Origin: Saprospiraceae bacterium
GTDB lineage: Bacteria > Bacteroidota > Bacteroidia > Chitinophagales > Saprospiraceae
DNA length: 64,000 nt
Assembly: GCA_016710625.1 (NCBI GenBank)
Contig: JADJVK010000054.1
Coordinates: 65,040 to 129,039 of the forward strand
Reading direction: 5' to 3'
Shown here: one piece after another, positions 21,161 through 31,038 of the stretch
Layout: each line of letters starts with the position of its first letter
Numbering within the stretch: the first letter of the stretch is position 1
Program-made: the position numbers and the translations under genes
The notes under the pieces: model-generated
The model's input: only the letters and a program-made list of their open reading frames with translations
The model's database searches: none
Told to the model about the DNA's origin: nothing

Positions 21161-22392
21161 TTTGACTTTGCAATTTCTTTAATTGCAATTATAAATTTGT
21201 CCAACTCCTCGGTTGTCGTATATATATTCGGTGTGATACGACAACCATGAACATTTGCATAGTCGATTGCAACAGTAAATATTTGATATTTTTCAAATAG
21301 GATTTTAGAAAGTTCAGCAGGTTTTATGGAAGGCACCCCAACATTGGCTATTCCACAAGATCTTTCTTTTTCATAGGGAGTATTGATTAGCACATTCGGT
21401 ATATCTTTGACATTATTTACCCAATAATCTTTCAAGTATCTAAGCCTATTTTCTTTATTTTCACCCCCAATCATCTTATAAAAATCAATTGAATCTGGAA
21501 TGGTCAATTCAGTGGCAATTGGTTGTGTTCCAGTATGATTTAATTTAGTGATTTTATCGTCAGCATGTCCCATATCGCCAAATAATTGCCAAACCTTTGC
21601 TATTTTTTCTTTTCGAACATACAAAAGTCCAGCACCCAGCGGCACACTGAGCCATTTATGAAGGCTACTGCCATAATAATCACAATCCAAATCGCTAATT
21701 TTAAATTCAAAATGACCGATGGCATGTGCTCCATCCACCATTACATCTACTCCATGACGATGTGCCATTTCACAAATTTTCTTGATGGGTAAAATATGTC
21801 CTGTGATATTAATCATATGGCAAACCATCAAAAGTTTTGTTTTAGGAGTAATGGCATTTTCATATATTTTCACAATTTCTTCATCAGAAGAAGGGTGGTT
21901 CGGAATTGATACGATTTTATTGGTCATACCAAACCTTTTAGCTTGCAATTTGAACATATCCAACATCGCACCATAATCTTGCTCCGCCATAACGGCTTCA
22001 TCTCCTGGTTTCCAATCGTATCCTGCAATAATCGTATCTAAAGATTCGGTGGTGTTTCTAGTGATGATGATTTCCTCAAAATCGCAACCCACCAAAGATG
22101 CCAAAGATTTTCTTACAGCAATTTTGTCATCATACAATTTTTTCCTCATGTAAAAAGAGCCTTCTCTATTTACATAATCAATGTACTTTTGGTATTTTTC
22201 TAAAATATCATTGGGTATAAAACAATAATATCCATTTTCTAAATTGATATAATCTGGCTTGATTTTATATTTCGAACGAATAGTATCCCAAAAATCGTCG
22301 GGACCATTTTGCAAATTCGGATTTGCATTTAATAAAGAAGTTGGGGTAATGACGCCTAAAGAAAGGTATTTTAAAAAATCTCTTTTCTTCAT
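21157..22392 (-). CDS. aminotransferase class V-fold PLP-dependent enzyme (cysteine desulfurase / isopenicillin-N-epimerase-like) with a Tat-like signal peptide
   Basis: 411 aa. MKKRDFLKYLSLGV...NA leader. PLP-lysine region SSLHKWLSVPLGAGLLYV, and the AAT_V fold. Confidence 0.65.
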   Translation of the reverse strand: MKKRDFLKYLSLGVITPTSLLNANPNLQNGPDDFWDTIRSKYKIKPDYINLENGYYCFIPNDILEKYQKYIDYVNREGSFYMRKKLYDDKIAVRKSLASLVGCDFEEIIITRNTTESLDTIIAGYDWKPGDEAVMAEQDYGAMLDMFKLQAKRFGMTNKIVSIPNHPSSDEEIVKIYENAITPKTKLLMVCHMINITGHILPIKKICEMAHRHGVDVMVDGAHAIGHFEFKISDLDCDYYGSSLHKWLSVPLGAGLLYVRKEKIAKVWQLFGDMGHADDKITKLNHTGTQPIATELTIPDSIDFYKMIGGENKENRLRYLKDYWVNNVKDIPNVLINTPYEKERSCGIANVGVPSIKPAELSKILFEKYQIFTVAIDYANVHGCRITPNIYTTTEELDKFIIAIKEIAKSN

Positions 22393-22402
22393 AAAGTAAA
22401 AT

Positions 22403-24189
22403 TTATTCTATATCATAAATATCTGTTTGTGAAGATAATATTTCTCTGTATTTATTGAATAATTTTGTCTTAGAAATAAATCCTACAAAGTGTTTTTCGT
22501 CATCGAGAACGGGGAGATACCAATTATTGGATATATCGAATTTTTCCATAACCACATTCATTTTTTCATGAATATTGATTAAGGCGAAAGGCTTTTTATA
22601 AACCGCTTTTATTGGCGTATTTTTATATTTTTCAATCTGAAATATCTTTTGTTTCACATCGTTAATCTCGATTATTCCTACGAATTTTCCACTTTTCTCC
22701 AATACTGCAAAAATATTTTTATCGCTTTGTTTAATAAGTTGTACTAGATCCCCTAAATTTTTATCAAATCCTATGGTGTCATATTTATCTTGCAGCATAC
22801 TTTCCAATGAAATTGCAGATAGGATGTTTTTTTCTTTATGTTGCGTTAATATTTGCCCTTCCATTGCCAGTTTTTTGGTTTCCATGGAGTAGGGTTCGTA
22901 GGATTTTACAATGAAAAATGAAATCGAGGAAACAAGCATCAAAGGAATGAAAAGTTCATAGCCATTGGTTATTTCAGCGATTAAAAATATGGACGTTAAG
23001 GGGCAATACATCACTCCACTCAGTAGCCCTGCCATTCCAACCAAACTAAAATTGCCTACAGGAATATTAAAATAATTGAAAGCATTGATAGTTTTGCTAA
23101 ATAAAAAACCGAGAAAGGAACCAGTGAATAAGGAGGGTGCGAAATTTCCCCCATTTCCGCCACTTCCCATAGTGATTCCTGCCGCTATTGGTTTGAAAAG
23201 GACAATTAATAAGGCAAATAAAATGATTCCCCACTCACTACTAAAATTAGAAAATAGGGTAGTATTATCCGAAAAAGTATCAAATGTATTGTTCGCAACC
23301 AATTTTACACTTTGGTAACCTTCCCCAAATAAAGGTGGCAATACAAAATAGATAGTCAATAGAAATATTCCACCAATAATAGCTTTCAATACTTTATGAA
23401 TATCCCAATGGTGCATTGCTATCTCTGTGGTTTTGAAAAGTTTTGCATAATACAATGATATGAAACCACAAAGAATACCTAAACCAATGTAAAACGGAAG
23501 ATTATTATAATCAAAGCTTTGTTTCAATATGAAATTAAACAATGATTCTTCATTTAAAATAATTTTGGAACAAAGAGCCCCCAAAACAGAAGAAATTATC
23601 AATGGAATAAAATAACTGATAATCGTTTCCGTCAATAAAATTTCAATAGCAAATATAACTCCAGCAATTGGAGCATTAAATACTGCTGAAATTCCAGCAG
23701 ACGCCCCACAAGCTATTAATAAAGTTCTTTCATGATAGTTTAAATCTGCTACTCTTGATAAATTTGATCCAATGGAGGAGCCTGTAGCTACAATTGGTGC
23801 TTCAAGACCTAAGGATCCACCAAAACCAACTGTTATTGAACTAGTTAGGACATGCAAATAGGTGTGTTTGAATGGAATGAAAGAAGACCATTTTGCGATG
23901 GATTTCAGTACCATTGCGATTCCTTTTTCAATAAAGCCACCAAAAAATCGATTGACGATTAGATTTGTGATAACCAAACCCACAATAGGAAACAACAAAT
24001 ATGAAAATTCACCAAAGTGTAATTTTCTACAAAATCTTGGATAACATGTACGATGCTTTTTAATAAAACTGCCATCAATCCAGACACAAATCCAGTTAAA
24101 GTGGCGATTACCATAATGAATTGAACTCTATTGACTTTCAATCGCAAATAGCTCAGAAAAGATTGTATATATTTTCTTATAGTTGTCAT
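22403..24189 (-). CDS. ClC-family voltage-gated chloride channel with C-terminal CBS pair, split by a frameshift near 23960-23998
   Basis: ORF 23959..24189 gives the first TM helix. ORF 22403..23998 carries GSLGLEAP and GxFAP selectivity-filter-like motifs and C-terminal CBS domains. The two overlap by 40 nt. Confidence 0.75.
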
Positions 24190-24465
24190 TCTGTCGATCC
24201 GAGTTAAAAAAATGATAATTTCAAACTAATATTTCCTTATTTTGTCATTTTAAAAGCAGAAAATCTGATTTGAAAATCAATTAATTTTAACAAATATAGT
24301 TATAAAGTTAAATTTTAATATTTTTTTGAAAAATAATCAATTTCAAAAACGAGTTATTCATGGATGATAATAATAATTTGAGGAGTTATTATGTTGAAAT
24401 ACAATAAATTACATAGTATAAAAAAATTATAGTAAAAATATTTTGAAAATTAAATATTATTTACT

Positions 24466-24473
24466 TACTTTTG
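24466..24473 (+). promoter_or_regulatory. putative Bacteroidetes sigma-A -7 element (TAnnTTTG) upstream of rpsU
   Basis: tacttttg lies 45 nt upstream of the rpsU ATG. This is the established Bacteroidetes promoter consensus. Confidence 0.4.
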
Positions 24474-24517
24474 CACTCTGAAAAAATTATTTAATTATCA
24501 TAAAAAAAATTAGGTTC

Positions 24518-24718
24518 ATGCTAATCATTGATGTAAGAGAAAGCGAAACAATTGACAAAGCATTAAAAAAGTATAAAAGAAAGTTTGAGAAATCAGGTGC
24601 TTTGAAACAACTTCGTAATAGAAAAGCTTTTACTAAACCATCTGTTGTAAGAAGAAATCAAATTTTAAAAGCAGTTTATAAAGAAGCAACTTACGGAAAT
24701 CATAATTTAGATGCCTAA
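24518..24718 (+). CDS. rpsU: 30S ribosomal protein S21
   Basis: 66 aa: IDVRESETIDKALKKYKRKFEKSGALKQLRNRKAFTKPS. Confidence 0.9.
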   Translation: MLIIDVRESETIDKALKKYKRKFEKSGALKQLRNRKAFTKPSVVRRNQILKAVYKEATYGNHNLDA

Positions 24719-24727
24719 TTTATAAAT

Positions 24728-25663
24728 ATGGAGGATACTTATTTAGATTCCTTCCTTAGTTATTTAAAATTCGAAAAACGCTATAGCGAACATACTCTGT
24801 CCGCTTATAAAAATGATTTACATTCTTTTTTAGAATATATTGTAAAAGAAAAATGCCTGACTTCTATTTTAGAAGTCAGGCATTTTCATGTTCGTTCATG
24901 GCTGGTTTCGATGATGCAAAGTGGTCTGAAGCCTAAAACAATCCATCGAAAAAAGTCATCACTTCAATCTTTTTATCAGTTTTTACTTCGAAATAAGCTT
25001 TGTGAGCAAAATCCGATGAAAAAGGTGAGTGCTCCAAAACTGCCAAAGCGACTCCCGGTTTTCATTCAAGAAAATCAGATTGAAAATTTATTGGATCAAT
25101 TACATTTTACAGACGATTTTGAAGGTGTTAGAGATAATTACTTATTGGAGTTGTTATATGTAACTGGAATTCGGCGAAATGAAGTCATAGAACTAAAGAC
25201 AAATGACCTTGATTTCTCTAATTTTTCAATGAAAATTTTGGGAAAAGGAAATAAAGAAAGAATTGTTCCTATTCCCCCATATCTAAAGGCTATTCATGAA
25301 AATTATCAAAATTATAAACGATTAAAATTTGGAGATTCGTCGAATATTCCACTTTTTTTGACGGATAATGGAGAAAAAATGTATCCAAAATTTGTTTATT
25401 TAAAAGTAAGAAAGTATCTTACGTTTGTTTCTACGGTAGAAAAGAAAAGTCCACATGTTTTAAGACATTCTTTTGCTACCCATCTATCAGACAAAGGTGC
25501 TGATATAAATGCAATTAAAAATTTATTAGGGCATGCAAATTTGGCAGCTACTCAAGTGTATCTGCATAATACAATTGATCAATTGAAAAAAGTATATAAC
25601 CAAGCTCACCCAAAGGCAAAAAAAGACAATGATTTGGGCGACGAACCAACAAAAACCGAGTAA
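24728..25663 (+). CDS. xerC: tyrosine site-specific recombinase, XerC/XerD family
   Basis: 311 aa. N-terminal SAM-like core-binding domain, catalytic R...HxxR...Y (LRHSFATHL...TQVYLH). It occupies the conserved Bacteroidetes rpsU-xer-hpf position. Confidence 0.75.
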   Translation: MEDTYLDSFLSYLKFEKRYSEHTLSAYKNDLHSFLEYIVKEKCLTSILEVRHFHVRSWLVSMMQSGLKPKTIHRKKSSLQSFYQFLLRNKLCEQNPMKKVSAPKLPKRLPVFIQENQIENLLDQLHFTDDFEGVRDNYLLELLYVTGIRRNEVIELKTNDLDFSNFSMKILGKGNKERIVPIPPYLKAIHENYQNYKRLKFGDSSNIPLFLTDNGEKMYPKFVYLKVRKYLTFVSTVEKKSPHVLRHSFATHLSDKGADINAIKNLLGHANLAATQVYLHNTIDQLKKVYNQAHPKAKKDNDLGDEPTKTE

Positions 25664-25710
25664 TATTATTGGATACTAAATTTTTTTAATCGTTTAAAAT
25701 TAGTTAACCT

Positions 25711-26007
25711 ATGAAAGTAAACTTGCAATCTGTTCATTTTTCTGTCGATTACAAATTGAGAGAATATTTAGAACAAAAAATTAGCAAATTGGAGCAATTT
25801 TTTAGCAAAATTATTGATGTACAAGTGTTTTTGAAGCTAGAAAATGCAGGACAGGTGAGGGATAAAATTGTTGAAATAAAGATAAATCTTCCAGGAAAAT
25901 CGATATTGATCAAAGAGATCGCTCAAACATTTGAAGCAGGAATCGATTTAGCGACTGATGCCTTAAAAAGGCAATTGGTCAGATTTAAAGAGAAAACTAA
26001 AAAATAA
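25711..26007 (+). CDS. hpf: ribosome hibernation-promoting factor (RaiA/HPF, short form)
   Basis: 98 aa with the sigma-54-modulation-protein fold signature. Confidence 0.8.
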   Translation: MKVNLQSVHFSVDYKLREYLEQKISKLEQFFSKIIDVQVFLKLENAGQVRDKIVEIKINLPGKSILIKEIAQTFEAGIDLATDALKRQLVRFKEKTKK

Positions 26008-26021
26008 TTCATATTAATAAA

Positions 26022-26058
26022 AAAGGCTACTCATTCGAATTGAGTAGCCTTTTTTTTA
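26022..26058. terminator. bidirectional rho-independent terminator between convergent hpf and kdsB
   Basis: aaaaaggctactca-ttcgaat-tgagtagcc-tttttttt. Confidence 0.7.
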
Positions 26059-26832
26059 TAATAAATGTTTGAATTTTTCTAATATCCATTCTACATCTTC
26101 CGGTGTATCTACACAAAAACTATCTTGATTAGTTTCTACCAATTTAATTTTAAACCCATTTTCTAACCATCTTAATTGTTCCAAAGATTCAGCTATTTCT
26201 AATGATGAGGGTGGCAACTTTGCGATTTGGGAGAGTATATCTTTTCGATACACATACATGCCCACATGCCTATAATAAGTATAATATTTTAACCATTCTT
26301 CAATTGGTTTGTTTTTTACTGCTGGAATGGCTTGTCGACTAAAGTAAAGTGCTTGATTATCAATATCTTTAACGATTTTTACTTCTCCATCATCCATTAA
26401 TAAATCATGGCTTTTCACTTCTAACATCATCGTAGAAAGCTCTACTTTTCCATCACAAATATCTATTAATAAATTGATTTGTTCTGGAAAAATAAAGGGC
26501 TCATCTCCTTGAATATTAACGATATAATCAAAATCTTGCCCTATTTTTTCTGCAATTTCTTGGCATCTATCTGTTCCACTAGGGTGATTTTCACTTGTGG
26601 AAATTGCAGTTGCTCCAAAAGATTTTACATGCTCAATAATACTTTCATGATCAGTTGCAATCACAACTGCATCTAAATTTGATTGTATCGTTCTTTCATA
26701 AACCCTTTGAATCATTGATTTTCCAGCAATATCGATTAACGGCTTGCCAGGGAAACGAGTTGATGCATATCTTGCAGGGATTACGCCTAAAATTTTTTTT
26801 CCAAATTTGTTCATATTACAACTTATGCTCAA
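26056..26832 (-). CDS. kdsB: 3-deoxy-manno-octulosonate cytidylyltransferase (CMP-Kdo synthetase)
   Basis: 258 aa: IPARYASTRFPGKPL... Confidence 0.85.
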   Translation of the reverse strand: MSISCNMNKFGKKILGVIPARYASTRFPGKPLIDIAGKSMIQRVYERTIQSNLDAVVIATDHESIIEHVKSFGATAISTSENHPSGTDRCQEIAEKIGQDFDYIVNIQGDEPFIFPEQINLLIDICDGKVELSTMMLEVKSHDLLMDDGEVKIVKDIDNQALYFSRQAIPAVKNKPIEEWLKYYTYYRHVGMYVYRKDILSQIAKLPPSSLEIAESLEQLRWLENGFKIKLVETNQDSFCVDTPEDVEWILEKFKHLL

Positions 26833-26880
26833 TTATTACGTTTAATAAATGATTTTGATAAAAAAATTGAATACTAATTT

Positions 26881-27342
26881 TTGATTAATATTATGAAAAA
26901 GATTCTAAATATCGGATTTGTTTTTGTTGCAATACTATACTCTTGTAAATCTGTTATTTATACACCATCCACTTTGCCAAGTGAAAAACTTGTTTTTGGA
27001 TATGGTGGAGGATTTAACCCTAAACCAGTTGAATTTATTATGTTGAAAAACGGTCAAATGTTTACAACTGGTTTGTCAAAAGATACTTTGGAGTGTATTA
27101 AAATCAATAAAAGCCTTGCAAAAGCTGCATTTTCAAGCTACTATTCTGCATTTAATGCTCTTAAGGAACCAGGTACTCCTGGAAATACCTATCGATTTAT
27201 AGATTTGCAAAAGGATTCGACTTCCAAAAAATATGTTTGGAATAACAAACAATTTGATAAAAACATTGACAGTTTATATCATGTATTTAAGAAGTTAGTA
27301 GAATTACCAGTGATAAAAGAAGATTCAATAATTAAAAACTAA
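26881..27342 (+). CDS. hypothetical lipoprotein
   Basis: 153 aa. Signal peptide followed by a lipobox-like ILYSC. Confidence 0.4.
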   Translation: MINIMKKILNIGFVFVAILYSCKSVIYTPSTLPSEKLVFGYGGGFNPKPVEFIMLKNGQMFTTGLSKDTLECIKINKSLAKAAFSSYYSAFNALKEPGTPGNTYRFIDLQKDSTSKKYVWNNKQFDKNIDSLYHVFKKLVELPVIKEDSIIKN

Positions 27343-27349
27343 TATTTCT

Positions 27350-27730
27350 TTGAATCCGAAAATCCATCTGAAATTATTTAAAATTGATATAATACTTGAA
27401 GTTTTAGGTTGGTTTTTATTGGTTTTATTATGGATTGGTTTTATTTATACATTTAACCAACTTCCGAATATTATTCCTGGTCATTTTGATGCTTCAGGTA
27501 ATATTGATGGATATACTGCTAAAAATAGTATTATTGGACTTCCTACTGTTGCTACAATATTATTTTCTATTTTAAGAATCATTAATTATTATCCTCATTT
27601 ATGCAATTACCCTGTAAAAATTTCTGTTGAAAATGCAAAATTTCAATATACTTTAGCTACAAGATTATTGAGAATACTCAAGTCGTTTATTGTGATATTA
27701 TTTGGTAAATTATTTACATTATCCAATTAA
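27350..27730 (+). CDS. small membrane protein, DUF1648/SdpI-like
   Basis: 126 aa. TM helix followed by IPGHFDASGNIDGY, as in DUF1648. Family assignment is from memory. Confidence 0.4.
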   Translation: MNPKIHLKLFKIDIILEVLGWFLLVLLWIGFIYTFNQLPNIIPGHFDASGNIDGYTAKNSIIGLPTVATILFSILRIINYYPHLCNYPVKISVENAKFQYTLATRLLRILKSFIVILFGKLFTLSN

Positions 27731-27840
27731 ATGTAAATGGTTCGAAATCAACATTTGAATTTATCTTTATTTATATTGAAATAATTTTACTTTTTATTTT
27801 CATTTTCTACTTCTATAAAAATCAAAAAGGCTGGCAATGC

Positions 27841-30102
27841 TTAAAAACTAGCATCCATTCTGACAGTAATATTTCTTGGAGCTTCTAAAAGACCCGGTCT
27901 AAAAGAGTATTCCTTATTTGTAATGTTTTTGGTAATTAGCGCTACTTTGACATTTTCATTTAATTTGTAATTCAATCGAATATCTAAAACAGTAAAACCC
28001 TTGTTATGGTCGGCTCTGTATTGTTTAGCACCGGGAATTAATATTTCAAATACATTATCAACCGCTTCCATATTGCTATTATAAATCAAAGTGCCACCAA
28101 TTGAAAAGCTTTTATAAGTTACATCTGCATCCATTTTTATACTATGTTTGAATCGATATTTCAAAATATTGTAATTTACACTTGAACTCAAATCTTCTTT
28201 TGCAGTAAAATTTTGATATTTTGGATCAATATACATATAACCTGCCATTAAATTTACTGGAAAATTGCCAATTTTTCCTCTCCCTAAAACACTGAATTCT
28301 ACTCCTTTTATCACAGTATTGCCAATATTCTGTGATTGAAAACCTAACTTTTCAGGTACAAATGTAAATTCCATCATATTTTGATATTCTTGCCAAAAAC
28401 CTGCTAAATCCAAAAAGCCTTCAAAATTGCCTATTCTAAAGCCTTGTTTTACAGCCAGTTCGGTTGTCCATCCTGTTTCAGAAGTTAATTTAGTATTGGG
28501 CAAAATGCTGAATCCAACATTTGTTTTAATATATTTTTCAGCAATAGTTGGGAAACGATAACCTTGACCGAATGATGCTCTAATATATGTCGCTTTTGCA
28601 GCTTGTAAATTCATACCAAAACGAAAAACTGGCTTTGATTGAATGGATTTACCATTTGGAATCGTATCACCAGCAAAATATACTGGACTATTGATTTGAT
28701 TACTTTCATATCTCAAACCCACATTTACATTTAATCGATCAAAAAACTTTTTCTCCAATTGTGCATATGCTGCATAATTGGAGGAACTTAAAAGGCTGTC
28801 ACCATATAATTGAGCTTTTACTGAAGTACCAGTATAAACTAATCCAGCAGTTGCAATATATTGTCTTGCAAATACTCTTTGAAATTGATATTCAGCATAA
28901 TATAAATTGCTTTTGTTGGATTTGTCGCCAGAAACTTGATTGTTTACAGAGTAAAATCTTCCGAGAAACTTATGTTTGTTTTCATATTTATCAAAATAAG
29001 TGACGGTTGGATCTATATAAAATCGAATTTTATCACTACTTGTATAAGTTAAAGGAAAGCCTTGCATTCTTCCTGAACCACCATCTTTCCAAAAGAAAAA
29101 ATAATTAGAAATTCCTTTATTGAAATTTACATTCATTGCTGCTGATAACCTATCAGAAAATCTGTATTGCAGTCTCGATGTAAATCGTCCATATCGGGTA
29201 TAAGTTTTTTCATTGGTTTCATTTCTGTATAAATAATAACCACCAGCTGTAAAATCTAATTTGCCAAATTTTTGAGCATGAAAGGCACTTACACCATAAG
29301 TTATAGGATCCAAATCCCCTTTGTTTTTGTTCCACCAAGCTAACGAAGTATCTCTTGGATTCATATAAAGTGTTGTAAAAGTAGAAATTTTAGTAATGGG
29401 TTCTGACTTTGCAAAGGCAGAACGGACATTGACAATCCCATTTAATGCGGAAGAACCATAAAGAGTGGATGAAGCACCTTTTAAAACATCAATTTGATCA
29501 ACGGATTCAACTGGAATATCATCCCAATTCGGGAAACCAGCATCTGCTTGGAGAGCAGGAATATCATCGATTAATAACATTACCCTTGAGCCAGCACCAT
29601 AAGAAAACCCAGAGCCACCTCTTATATTTGCTTGACCATCAATGATATGTACTCCTGGGACTTTGTCCAACACCTCATCAACTGATGTTGAATTGATATT
29701 TTCTATCAATCTGGGTTTGATTACTTCCAATGAAACAGTTACTTCACCAATTGGTTTTTCATATTTTCCTGCTGTTACAGTTGTGGTTTGTAAGAGATAA
29801 TCCTTTGGTTCTAAAAGAATTGTAGTATTAATTGGAAGTGATTTAGTGTCAATAATTTTTTCCACATAACCAATATATGATATAACAATTGAAGTAGAAT
29901 TTCGGTCAATTTGAAGCTCAAATTTTCCATCAGAATCAGTTATTGTACCAGAATTTCCACATTTAATATTTGCCCCAATAATGGGTAAATTTGATTGTGC
30001 ATCCAACAATTTTCCTTTATATTCGATGGATTGAGCAAATGAATTTTGAGAAAAAAAGATCAAAAAAACAAAACTGATAACAAAAGAAAAATACTTCATC
30101 AT
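27841..30102 (-). CDS. TonB-dependent outer-membrane receptor with an N-terminal CarboxypepD_reg-like domain
   Basis: 753 aa. Signal peptide, plug domain, 22-strand barrel ending ...VRMDASF. Confidence 0.8.
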   Translation of the reverse strand: MMKYFSFVISFVFLIFFSQNSFAQSIEYKGKLLDAQSNLPIIGANIKCGNSGTITDSDGKFELQIDRNSTSIVISYIGYVEKIIDTKSLPINTTILLEPKDYLLQTTTVTAGKYEKPIGEVTVSLEVIKPRLIENINSTSVDEVLDKVPGVHIIDGQANIRGGSGFSYGAGSRVMLLIDDIPALQADAGFPNWDDIPVESVDQIDVLKGASSTLYGSSALNGIVNVRSAFAKSEPITKISTFTTLYMNPRDTSLAWWNKNKGDLDPITYGVSAFHAQKFGKLDFTAGGYYLYRNETNEKTYTRYGRFTSRLQYRFSDRLSAAMNVNFNKGISNYFFFWKDGGSGRMQGFPLTYTSSDKIRFYIDPTVTYFDKYENKHKFLGRFYSVNNQVSGDKSNKSNLYYAEYQFQRVFARQYIATAGLVYTGTSVKAQLYGDSLLSSSNYAAYAQLEKKFFDRLNVNVGLRYESNQINSPVYFAGDTIPNGKSIQSKPVFRFGMNLQAAKATYIRASFGQGYRFPTIAEKYIKTNVGFSILPNTKLTSETGWTTELAVKQGFRIGNFEGFLDLAGFWQEYQNMMEFTFVPEKLGFQSQNIGNTVIKGVEFSVLGRGKIGNFPVNLMAGYMYIDPKYQNFTAKEDLSSSVNYNILKYRFKHSIKMDADVTYKSFSIGGTLIYNSNMEAVDNVFEILIPGAKQYRADHNKGFTVLDIRLNYKLNENVKVALITKNITNKEYSFRPGLLEAPRNITVRMDASF

Positions 30103-30205
30103 TTTAATTTACAAATTGAAATATGAAAATTTTAAATTATATTTTATATGTTCTCAAAAGTAATTAATAATTTTATTAACTTTGAAATAAATTAAAATTT
30201 TATAT

Positions 30206-30994
30206 ATGAAACATTTAATATTTACATTCTTATTAATTGGTTTTTTTAGCTTTGAATCTAATGCTCAATTTTGTAAACCCGATGCGATGTACAAAGATTC
30301 ATCTGCTGGGGTATATCCAAAACCATCAGTTGGAATTGATAAAAAGGCATGTGTGAATACAAAATATGATTATACATTTACTGTTGTTGTTTCAAAATCA
30401 ATACCTTATTTAGGTTTGGAAATTCCTTTATATCGAGTTGGTATTGATACTGTTGGAGCGGTTGATAACTTACCTAAAGGAATTACTTATAAATGTGATC
30501 CACCGAACTGTCAATTTGATTCAAATACAAGAGGTTGCATTATTTTGACTGGTATTCCAACTGCTGTGAATGTAGCGCCTTTCAATTATGATTTGAAAAT
30601 TAAAGCTTCTGCAAATACTGCTTTTGGTCCATTAGCAATAGAATTTCCAGGTACTATTTTCCCAGGAAACTATTATTTAAGATTATTACCTGAAGGAAAT
30701 GATAGTTGTAAGATTTCAGCAAATAATGATTTGTTGGCGAATGATTTTCAAACAACGATAAAGCCAAATCCATTTTCAAACGAAACTAATATTTCATTTG
30801 TAACTGAAGTTCCAGAGGCAATTACTTTCTCTGTTTATAATCAGCTTGGAGCAATAATAAATCAAAGAAAAATAGAGTCGAATATTGGAGAGAATAACAT
30901 CCTTTTTGATGCTAAAGATTTGAACGGTTTGTATTACTATAGTTTACAATCGAAAGAGCGGAAAAGTGTTGGAAAGTTATTGATAATCAAATAG
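30206..30994 (+). CDS. hypothetical T9SS-secreted protein (type-A CTD)
   Basis: 262 aa. Signal peptide. C-terminal KPNPFSNETNISF...GLYYYSLQS...KLLIIK. Confidence 0.55.
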   Translation: MKHLIFTFLLIGFFSFESNAQFCKPDAMYKDSSAGVYPKPSVGIDKKACVNTKYDYTFTVVVSKSIPYLGLEIPLYRVGIDTVGAVDNLPKGITYKCDPPNCQFDSNTRGCIILTGIPTAVNVAPFNYDLKIKASANTAFGPLAIEFPGTIFPGNYYLRLLPEGNDSCKISANNDLLANDFQTTIKPNPFSNETNISFVTEVPEAITFSVYNQLGAIINQRKIESNIGENNILFDAKDLNGLYYYSLQSKERKSVGKLLIIK

Positions 30995-31002
30995 ATTAGG
31001 GA

Positions 31003-31038
31003 AATGAGCGGATGAATTCATCCGCTCATTTTTTTTAT
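31003..31038 (+). terminator. rho-independent terminator
   Basis: aatgagcggatgaattcatccgctcatt followed by tttttttt. Confidence 0.65.

Noticed and set aside
24728-25663. The tyrosine recombinase as evidence of an integrated mobile element or prophage.
   Set aside because: It sits in the conserved rpsU-xer-hpf housekeeping context with no flanking repeats or phage genes, so I read it as a chromosomal Xer-type recombinase.
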